NCBI GenBank assembly: GCA_964590315.1
Contig: CAZPVS010000001.1
Coordinates: forward strand, 42,926 to 106,925
Direction: 5' to 3'
DNA: 64,000 nucleotides
Source: an uncultured Candidatus Saccharibacteria bacterium
GTDB taxonomy: Bacteria > Patescibacteriota > Saccharimonadia > Saccharimonadales > JALRHH01
Notes under the pieces: generated by a model
The model's database searches: none
What the model was told of the DNA's origin: nothing
The model's input: the letters and a program-made list of their open reading frames with translations, nothing else
In this document: positions 57,016 through 64,000 of the stretch, piece by piece
How positions within the stretch are numbered: the first letter of the stretch is position 1
Layout of the letters: each line of letters starts with the position of its first letter
Program-made: the position numbers and the translations under genes

Positions 57016-57711
57016 TCACTCGACTCGAGCAGAGGACTTGTTGACTGGGCGGGTTGGTTTTGGGCGGCGTTGCAACGGCTCGATATTATAAATACGGACG
57101 TGCCGGAATAAAGCATAGGATAGCCAGCCAATAGCAATACCGCCAAGCAAATCAAGGGGCACATGTACGCCAAGATACATCCTCGACAGCGCAACTCCAG
57201 TAATCCATATGATAGGTACCCAATAATATGTACGTGGGAGATAGTACGCAACGGTGAGGGCAAGTGCTACCGCCAATGCGACGTGACCCGACGGAAAGCC
57301 GGGGCCTTGTATGAAGTCGAGTGTCGTGACACCTTCTAGTAATTCGTGCGGGCGGGCACGACCCCATAAATTTTTAGCAAATCCTGCGAGCAGATACGCC
57401 ATCGTTCCGACCATTAGTAAACGAATAACGATATGGTAGCGTTGCCTGAATAGATAAAACACGAGTAGCCCCCCGAGCACATATATGCTGCCAAGTTGTG
57501 TCACTGCGTAGAAGAACGGATAGAGAAATTCTGGTAGTCGATATATTGCCCAAAATATATCTGCTTCCCATGTTGATAATTGCGGGCCCCGTGAGGCGAG
57601 GAGTGCAATACCGAATAGACCGAGCGCTAAGATCACCTGGAGCGTAGAGGGGATCTTGTAGGGGAATGAGTGTTTTCGCCGCGTTGGTTTTTGTTTTACT
57701 ACTGGTTTCAT
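57016..57711 (-). CDS. PAP2 family phosphatase
   Basis: PSGH motif (GFPSGHVALAVALA) and an SR..H-type third motif in a multi-TM protein. Confidence 0.75.
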   Translation of the reverse strand: MKPVVKQKPTRRKHSFPYKIPSTLQVILALGLFGIALLASRGPQLSTWEADIFWAIYRLPEFLYPFFYAVTQLGSIYVLGGLLVFYLFRQRYHIVIRLLMVGTMAYLLAGFAKNLWGRARPHELLEGVTTLDFIQGPGFPSGHVALAVALALTVAYYLPRTYYWVPIIWITGVALSRMYLGVHVPLDLLGGIAIGWLSYALFRHVRIYNIEPLQRRPKPTRPVNKSSARVE

Positions 57712-57715
57712 ATAA

Positions 57716-58468
57716 TTACTCTGTTTGATGCGCTTTCAGCTGCGCAATGGCCTTTCTAACGGGTGCAACACGGTATCGTTCGAGGTAGTCGACCACCGCA
57801 TAGAACATAGTTATGGTGCCTAATAATTCAAGCGATTCCTCAATAGCTACAAGTACGCCTTGGCTCCAGAAGGTATGCTTCATTTCAGTACTCGTCAGGA
57901 TATCTATACCAACCGCGCCAATCAAAAAGATGGTGGCACTAAAGACAAACAGCATGACGGTGCGCCGAGGGAATATTAGATACATTTTGTATGCCAACCA
58001 GAGTCCAAAGAATAGGACGAATGGAATGATGAGCACCCAGGCGTTGTTAAGGAAAGTGGGTATGGCCTCTTGGTAGAACAAAAGATGTACAAACTGCAGG
58101 ATAAATTCATGAATGGCTGCCACTTCGTCTACCCAGAATATCAGCGCAACACAGGCAATAATGTTCCATAAGCGGCGCGACATCGCGTCCTTTTGTAGAA
58201 AACCAGCCAAAAGAGCAGCGACGCCAATGCCAAGAAATTGCGCTTGTGCAAACCATGTCGGTAGGCTCGACTCATCATCAAAATCTAACCGATTTGATAA
58301 CTCAAATATCTGCCCGTGCAGCTCTTTGTATACTTCAAGATTCAGATATTGGAACAGAAGATGTAAAGCCACCAACACCATCCAAAACAAGAGGAGGCCT
58401 ACTAGTAAGCGAGGGGCAAAACGTCGATGCGTCGAATTATCAGGGGAGTGGCTGTTATTATGAGACAT
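57716..58468 (-). CDS. hypothetical membrane protein
   Basis: Seven hydrophobic helices. An internal Met start is chosen to avoid overlap with the divergent nuclease gene. Confidence 0.4.
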   Translation of the reverse strand: MSHNNSHSPDNSTHRRFAPRLLVGLLLFWMVLVALHLLFQYLNLEVYKELHGQIFELSNRLDFDDESSLPTWFAQAQFLGIGVAALLAGFLQKDAMSRRLWNIIACVALIFWVDEVAAIHEFILQFVHLLFYQEAIPTFLNNAWVLIIPFVLFFGLWLAYKMYLIFPRRTVMLFVFSATIFLIGAVGIDILTSTEMKHTFWSQGVLVAIEESLELLGTITMFYAVVDYLERYRVAPVRKAIAQLKAHQTE

Positions 58469-58541
58469 AATATCCTCTATATCATACCAAAAAGCACCAT
58501 GTATTGCGCAGCAAGATGGTGTAGGGCTATGGTGGGGTATA

Positions 58542-59270
58542 ATGCGAGCCATGCATAGGCGACGGAGGGTAACAACACTAGTATTGGCGTTGCTGATATT
58601 TTTGGCCGGTTTTATATCCGACGCACTAACGAACTGGCAGCAAGCTGATACTCCTGCAGCATCTGATACTTCGCAAACAGCGCTCTCTGCAGATACGCGT
58701 TTGGCGCGGGATGCACTTTTGGACCTGGAAGTAAAAGGTCGCGCCCCAAAGACTGGCTATGACCGTGCACTATTTAGCACTGACTGGGGAGAGATAAACG
58801 ATTGCAGTATCCGTGAACTGATTCTACAACGTGATTTAGAAGCAGCCGTGCTCCATGAAGATGGGTGTCGTGTCATGAGCGGATTACTAAGGGTTGATCC
58901 CTATACGGGCACAGAAATTGCTTTCCTTCGCGGGCCTACCACAAGCGACGATATTCAGATTGATCACGTGGTAGCGGTATCGGATGCGTGGCAAAAAGGC
59001 GCACAGGCATTATCGTCAGAGCAGCGCTATCGATTCTATAACGACCCACTTAACTTGTTAGCAGTGGATGGCCCGACAAATAATAAAAAAGGCGATGCTG
59101 ATGCTGCAACCTGGTTGCCGCCGAACAAGGCTTATCGGTGCCGCTATGTCGCCCGCCAGATTGCCGTCAAGCTAAAGTACCATCTCTGGATGACAGAAGC
59201 TGAGCGATCCGCGTCAGAACGCGTGCTCGATACCTGCCCGACGCAATTATTGCCCGTGACCGAAGGATAA
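58542..59270 (+). CDS. secreted HNH/His-Me-finger nuclease (DUF1524-like)
   Basis: Signal/TM N-terminus. DIQIDHVVAVSDAW...NLLAVDGPTNNKKGDADAATWLP matches the DUF1524 GmrSD-C-type nuclease motif. Confidence 0.55.
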   Translation: MRAMHRRRRVTTLVLALLIFLAGFISDALTNWQQADTPAASDTSQTALSADTRLARDALLDLEVKGRAPKTGYDRALFSTDWGEINDCSIRELILQRDLEAAVLHEDGCRVMSGLLRVDPYTGTEIAFLRGPTTSDDIQIDHVVAVSDAWQKGAQALSSEQRYRFYNDPLNLLAVDGPTNNKKGDADAATWLPPNKAYRCRYVARQIAVKLKYHLWMTEAERSASERVLDTCPTQLLPVTEG

Positions 59271-59271
59271 T

Positions 59272-60744
59272 ATGAAACAGCCGCTCCTTCCACATACTTC
59301 ATACGTTATGAGACGAGTACATGCCTCCTGGCATATTGCTGCGCTGTCACTCGGTATCTTGATAGGGATTGCTCTATCGCAGCGGGCACATGGTGCATTT
59401 GGAACACCTGAATGGGTAGTGCTCGCTGTTGCTTTATTCAGCATAGCCTTAATAAAGCGCACCGTAGCGGTAATTATATTTGCCGTAATCGCCGGCTGTT
59501 TGCTGGGTATGTGGCGGGGTAGTGTGGAGTATCAAGCATTGAACAATTACCAGGAGTGGTATGGCAAACATGTAGTAGTGCATGGTGCCGTGAGTGAGGA
59601 TACATCGATTGGCAAGAATGGTGATCAGCGGATGCGGCTCAGTAACGTATCGATTGGAGAAGAGATGCTTCCGGGATCTGTGTGGGTATCTACACCCGTA
59701 CATCGTGATATTAAGCGCGGTGACACGGTTCATGCAGAAGGATTACTGACAGAAGGATTTGGAACGATGCCAGCCAGCATGTACCGTGCCAAGCTGTCTC
59801 ATGTCGAGCGGCCCCAGCCAGGTGACGTTGGTCGGCAGGTTCGCGATTGGTTTAGTGGCGGGGTGTATCGAGCTTTACCGCCGGAACATGCCGGTCTTGG
59901 CCTCGCATATTTAGTGGGACAAAAGCAAACCGTATCGGAAGAATTGAGTGAACAGTTCCGTACGATTGGCCTTATTCATGCGGTCGTAGCGAGTGGGTTT
60001 CACCTTACGGTACTTGTATTAGTCGTGCGACGACTATTTGGCGGAATCTCAAAATATCTCACTGCTTTGAGCGCCGCTCTGATGATAATTGGTTTCATCG
60101 CAATCACCGGACTCAGCCCTTCAATGTCACGAGCAGGTCTCATAACGGGGCTTTCACTCCTGGCATGGTACTATGGACGCGCCATACACCCCTTTGTTCT
60201 TTTACCTTTTGCCGCTGCTGTGACGGCGCTGTTTCGTCCTGCTTATGTATGGGGTGATATTGGGTGGTATCTCTCATTCGCAGCATTCGCAGGAGTCATT
60301 ATCATAGCGCCACTTGTCCATGACTATTTTTGGGGTACCGCGCGTCCAGGAATTATACGTACTGTCGTTATCACGACCATTGCAGCGCAGTTAGCCACGC
60401 TGCCACTCACTATTTTGGTGTTTGAATACTACTCCGTATGGGCATTGCTGGCTAACTTGCTGGTTGTTCCGTTGGTACCACTCGTAATGTTGTTAGTATT
60501 TTTAGCAGGGATGGGCGGACTGCTTCTCCCATCCATAGCGCCCCTTATCGGCTGGCCCGCGCGGGCGATGCTGGAATACATGATTCGCGTCGTTGAGTGG
60601 GTGTCAGCACTTCCTTATGCCAAGACAGAAGTTACCATTACAATGCCAGCACTGATAGCCGCCTATGTAATTATAGGGAGTGTAATGGTGGTTGTATGGC
60701 GCATAACTCACCATAATTTTAGAAAAGATTCTGATGTAGTTTGA
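59272..60744 (+). CDS. comEC: ComEC/Rec2 family DNA internalisation channel protein (no recognisable C-terminal hydrolase domain)
   Basis: DUF4131-like N-terminal region plus the competence domain with the GLIHAVVASGFHLTVLV motif (compare GxxHLLAISGLHV). Multi-TM. Confidence 0.7.
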   Translation: MKQPLLPHTSYVMRRVHASWHIAALSLGILIGIALSQRAHGAFGTPEWVVLAVALFSIALIKRTVAVIIFAVIAGCLLGMWRGSVEYQALNNYQEWYGKHVVVHGAVSEDTSIGKNGDQRMRLSNVSIGEEMLPGSVWVSTPVHRDIKRGDTVHAEGLLTEGFGTMPASMYRAKLSHVERPQPGDVGRQVRDWFSGGVYRALPPEHAGLGLAYLVGQKQTVSEELSEQFRTIGLIHAVVASGFHLTVLVLVVRRLFGGISKYLTALSAALMIIGFIAITGLSPSMSRAGLITGLSLLAWYYGRAIHPFVLLPFAAAVTALFRPAYVWGDIGWYLSFAAFAGVIIIAPLVHDYFWGTARPGIIRTVVITTIAAQLATLPLTILVFEYYSVWALLANLLVVPLVPLVMLLVFLAGMGGLLLPSIAPLIGWPARAMLEYMIRVVEWVSALPYAKTEVTITMPALIAAYVIIGSVMVVVWRITHHNFRKDSDVV

Positions 60745-60794
60745 GCTTTACATGGTCACCGGAGCATAGTACGATTCTGCTAATGCTTCGTATA

Positions 60795-62375
60795 ATGAAT
60801 AGTTTAGTGGGTGTTATTGTAGTAGTGAGCTTTGTACTCGTGCCACTACAGGCTGTGGCCGATACGGAGGTACTGCCAGCCACCCCCAGTGTGATACATC
60901 CACTCATCACTGAGCTGAAGGTCCGGAATGATAGTACGGGATATGATGAATTCATTGAACTGTATAACCCGTCAGATACTTCTATAGATTTGAGCCTGTA
61001 CGCATTACATTATTACAATGTTCTCAATCCGGGCCCAGCAGTCGTACCATCCAAGAAGACATTCGGGACATCTGAAATAGAACTGGCTCCCTATACGCAT
61101 ACATTGTTTATGAAGAAGCCAACAGTGCTTGGCGCTTTTACCCTATCCTCAAGCTGGCTTGATGCAAACGGCATAGTGCAGCTTGTCTATGGCGCGGATG
61201 AGCATGTTGTTGACCAAATCGGATGGACAAACAATATTGAAGCAGCAACAGTACAAAACGTCTTCCCGCCGGTACTGCTTCATTGCACTGAGGGCAGTAG
61301 CTGCACTGCTTCTACACAAAGCTTTACTCGCTTTCAGAATGAGGCAGGCGTTTATAGTATGGAACATCCACAGTGGGCGCTACATGAACCATCTCCCGGA
61401 CTTGGTGAACAGTTTGAGTTACCTGATAACAACGAGGAAGTCCTTCTCCCCGATGATACCTCTGTGCCCCCGGACTCCCTCCCGGTTGTGCTTCCCCTGG
61501 CATCTTGTGAGGGTGTGGTTATAACTGAGCTACTACCAAATCCAGACGGAGCTGATACTGGTCGTGAATTTATTGAGCTATTGAATACTTCGACGGACTT
61601 TATTCCGCTCGAAGGCTGTGCGCTACAGACCTCTGCAAATAGCAGAACATATGTCTTTGGAGATGTAACACTATCTCCTGGCGAATATCTGGCATTGAAA
61701 GATTCATTAACGGGTCTGACCCTGCCGAATGTGGCAGGAGGTACAGTATGGCTCATCGACGTCGACGAATCTGAGATACAGAACGTGGTCTATGCTCCTG
61801 GTCTAGATGAAGATGTGGCGTGGGCAGTGTTTGCGGGCCAGTGGAGACAGACCTATGCTCCCTCACCAGGCGTTGAAAATATTAATATGTCACAGCCGCT
61901 CTGTCCAGAAGGTCAAACTCGTGATTCGCTCACAGGTAAGTGTCAGGTCATAGTCAGTGCTGCGAGCATGTCGTTGGTGTCGTGTAAGCCTGGGCAGGAA
62001 CGTAATCCTCTGACTAATCGATGTCGAACAATTGCCCGTCCTGTCACAGCCGGAACCGGTCTCGTGCCATGTAAGCCTGGACAAGAGCGGAATCCGGAGA
62101 CTAACAGATGCCGTATGATCAGTATTAGCGATCTTGCACCTTGTCCAGAGGGCCAGGAACGTAACTCGGAAACGAATCGCTGCCGCAAAATAGCCGCTGC
62201 AGGGAATACCCTCGCGGCCGTGACTGACGTACCTAGTGTATCTACACCACCCAGTCCCAAGTGGTGGATTGCGTTTGTAGCAATTGCGGTCGCGCTAGGC
62301 TACGCAGCGTATGAGTGGCGGCAGGATGTGCGCCAGGCCATCGTACATCTCACCGAAAGGTTGATTCGCAGATAA
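60795..62375 (+). CDS. surface protein with two lamin-tail (LTD) domains, four Cys-rich CxxGQERNxxTNRCR repeats and a C-terminal TM anchor
   Basis: ITELKVRNDSTGYDEFIELYNPS and VITELLPNPDGADTGREFIELLNTS are LTD signatures. Four repeats of C[KP][PE]GQERN.[LE]TNRCR. C-terminal helix WWIAFVAIAVALGYAAY. Confidence 0.55.
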   Translation: MNSLVGVIVVVSFVLVPLQAVADTEVLPATPSVIHPLITELKVRNDSTGYDEFIELYNPSDTSIDLSLYALHYYNVLNPGPAVVPSKKTFGTSEIELAPYTHTLFMKKPTVLGAFTLSSSWLDANGIVQLVYGADEHVVDQIGWTNNIEAATVQNVFPPVLLHCTEGSSCTASTQSFTRFQNEAGVYSMEHPQWALHEPSPGLGEQFELPDNNEEVLLPDDTSVPPDSLPVVLPLASCEGVVITELLPNPDGADTGREFIELLNTSTDFIPLEGCALQTSANSRTYVFGDVTLSPGEYLALKDSLTGLTLPNVAGGTVWLIDVDESEIQNVVYAPGLDEDVAWAVFAGQWRQTYAPSPGVENINMSQPLCPEGQTRDSLTGKCQVIVSAASMSLVSCKPGQERNPLTNRCRTIARPVTAGTGLVPCKPGQERNPETNRCRMISISDLAPCPEGQERNSETNRCRKIAAAGNTLAAVTDVPSVSTPPSPKWWIAFVAIAVALGYAAYEWRQDVRQAIVHLTERLIRR

Positions 62376-62431
62376 CACACAACGTGCTACAATAACAGAT
62401 AAGAAAAGTTATAATTAGTGGAGTTTTGCCC

Positions 62432-63160
62432 ATGTCTGGACATTCAAAGTGGGAGACAATCAAGCGTCAAAAAGGCGCAAATGATGCCAAGCGCGGTATT
62501 TTGTTTACAAAGTTAGGCAATGCAATTGCACTCGCAGCTCGTGGCGGTACGGATCCTGATACTAACTTTGCTCTGCGCCTAGCCATTGATAAAGCCAAGG
62601 CTGCAAATATGCCGAGCAGCAACATTGACCGCGCTATTCAGCGTGTAGCCGACAAAAGCGCTGCACAACTACAGGAGCTACTGTACGAGGGCTATGGTCC
62701 TGGGGGTGTAGCGGTGTTGGTTGAAGCCGCAACGGACAACACAAATCGAACTTTCCCGGAGGTCCGCCTGGCATTTACAAAACACGGTGGTAGCATTGCC
62801 GAGAAAGGTGCAGTGGCGTTTCAGTTTACCCGAAAGGGCGTTATCCGTGTAAAGGGCAATGGCGACGATCTTATGTTGCAAGTTCTAGACGCGGGTGCCG
62901 AAGACATGCAGGAAGAGGGAGAGGAATCGATTGTATACACCGATCCAAAGGAACTCGCGAAAGTCCGTGATACGTTGAAGGAAGCTGGTGTCGAGATTTT
63001 GGAGGCACAGCTAACATATGTGCCAAATAACACGGTGGTAGTAGAGGACGCAGCTACGGCAGGGAAAATCATGCGCATGATGGATGCGTTGGATGATGTT
63101 GATGATGTAACTGCCACGCACGTCAATTTTGATATCCCGGAGGAGTTACTTGGCGCCTAA
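62432..63160 (+). CDS. yebC: YebC/PmpR family DNA-binding transcriptional regulator
   Basis: MSGHSKWETIKRQKGANDAKRG start. The track start at 62426 is TTG. Confidence 0.9.
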   Translation: MSGHSKWETIKRQKGANDAKRGILFTKLGNAIALAARGGTDPDTNFALRLAIDKAKAANMPSSNIDRAIQRVADKSAAQLQELLYEGYGPGGVAVLVEAATDNTNRTFPEVRLAFTKHGGSIAEKGAVAFQFTRKGVIRVKGNGDDLMLQVLDAGAEDMQEEGEESIVYTDPKELAKVRDTLKEAGVEILEAQLTYVPNNTVVVEDAATAGKIMRMMDALDDVDDVTATHVNFDIPEELLGA

Positions 63161-63632
63161 GCGCATACTGGGTATTGATCCGGGCACCGGTATCCTGGGC
63201 TTTGGTGTTATTGATATAGATGGCCGTGGGAAGGCTGCGCTGATTGACGGAGGAGTTATTAGAACACCGGTCAATCAACCCGATAGCGAGCGTCTCAGTA
63301 CGATATATGATGAGCTGCACGAAATCATTACCGAGTTGAAGCCACAGATTATGTCAGTTGAGAAGCTGTTCTTTGCACAAAATGTCACTACCGCTATGAG
63401 CGTAAGTCAGGCTCGTGGGGTAGTGCTGCTGTGCGGCAAGCAGCACAGCATGGAGTTGTATGAATACACGCCGCTACAAATAAAAATGGCGATAACAGGG
63501 TATGGGAAAGCCGACAAGAAACAAGTACAGGAGATGGTGCGAATTATTCTTGATCTAGACGAAGTGCCCAAGCCGGATGATTGTGCAGATGCTATTGCGG
63601 CAGCCCTGACCTGTGCGCAGAGTATGCGATAA
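63150..63632 (+). CDS. ruvC: crossover junction endodeoxyribonuclease RuvC
   Basis: RILGIDPGTGILGFGVID catalytic N-terminus. TTG start at 63150 after a ggagg RBS is preferred to the track start at 63129. Confidence 0.85.
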   Translation: MAPKRILGIDPGTGILGFGVIDIDGRGKAALIDGGVIRTPVNQPDSERLSTIYDELHEIITELKPQIMSVEKLFFAQNVTTAMSVSQARGVVLLCGKQHSMELYEYTPLQIKMAITGYGKADKKQVQEMVRIILDLDEVPKPDDCADAIAAALTCAQSMR

Positions 63633-63639
63633 TGCCACT

Positions 63640-64000
63640 ATGAAAATCGTGGCCGTTCGACACGGGGAAACGAATGAGAATGTTGCGGGCATTGTGCAAG
63701 GACAAGCGTTTGGTACGCTGTCTCCTCAGGGCGAATTGCAAATTCTCGCGCTCGCCAAGAAACTACAGAATAGACAGTTCGATATCATTTATTCCTCGGA
63801 CTTGCCCCGCTGCGTTAAGACTGCAGATGCAATTATGCGTTTTCAGGCACGTACAGAGATGCAGTATGACGAGCGTTTACGGGAGCGGAAGCTGGTGCCC
63901 TATGAGGGTATGCCATTCCGAGAGCTTGGATGGGGCCATGATGAGGTGCACGACCTTGATTTGAGACCACCAGGTGGTGAGTCGTGGCGTGATGTACACG
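63640..64000 (+). CDS. histidine phosphatase family protein (5' portion; continues past the window end)
   Basis: My manual translation starts MKIVAVRHGETNEN (RHG motif) and has no stop before position 64000. Not in the ORF track because no stop is reached. Confidence 0.5.
   Translation, partial: MKIVAVRHGETNENVAGIVQGQAFGTLSPQGELQILALAKKLQNRQFDIIYSSDLPRCVKTADAIMRFQARTEMQYDERLRERKLVPYEGMPFRELGWGHDEVHDLDLRPPGGESWRDVH

Overview
Reading both strands, this 64-kb window looks like a compact bacterial chromosome segment with mostly short intergenic regions. The compact gene set (a 243-aa HrcA, a ComEC/Rec2 membrane protein with no recognisable C-terminal hydrolase domain, LTD-domain and dockerin surface proteins) hints at a reduced-genome lineage, perhaps Patescibacteria/CPR-like, but that is inference only. 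Recognisable housekeeping genes are dus, a GltS-family symporter, tilS, ftsH, murJ, lepA, a peroxiredoxin (bcp), hrcA-grpE-dnaK-dnaJ with three CIRCE operators, rimK, a PAS/GAF two-component cluster, PAP2, comEC, yebC and ruvC. Four tRNA genes are present (two CAU-anticodon tRNAs, an initiator-like tRNA-Met and tRNA-Lys(UUU)). Every one of these tRNA loci is surrounded by partial duplicates of its own 3' or 5' end, which is the usual scar of site-specific integration.

The locus I rate highest is 3556-9538. Two different pairs of long perfect inverted repeats (220 bp and 106 bp) sit back to back next to a tRNA(CAU). One pair encloses a 3.6-kb amino-sugar cassette (CYTH, Gfo/Idh/MocA oxidoreductase, DegT aminotransferase, Tmk-like kinase). 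The other encloses a large serine recombinase gene. Both repeat families begin with the tRNA CCA-end sequence, so this reads as a tRNA-targeting element and/or recombinase-driven invertible segments.

Other notable items:
- A tRNA-fMet-linked AT-rich island (10224-13982) closed by a 16-nt copy of the tRNA 3' end.
- A conserved ~65-nt motif plus terminator hairpin, present three times inside that island.
- An adjacent cohesin/dockerin surface-protein pair with Ig-like repeats.
- Phage-tail-fibre-like, LamG, PKD and lyase-like secreted proteins, including a 2.2-kb block inserted between grpE and dnaK.
- A RimK + retropepsin-like + DUF192 cluster next to a large HExxH protein.
- A DNA-uptake module (DUF1524 nuclease + ComEC + double-LTD Cys-repeat protein).

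Coordinates of non-ORF features were derived by hand from the printed sequence and may be off by a few bases.
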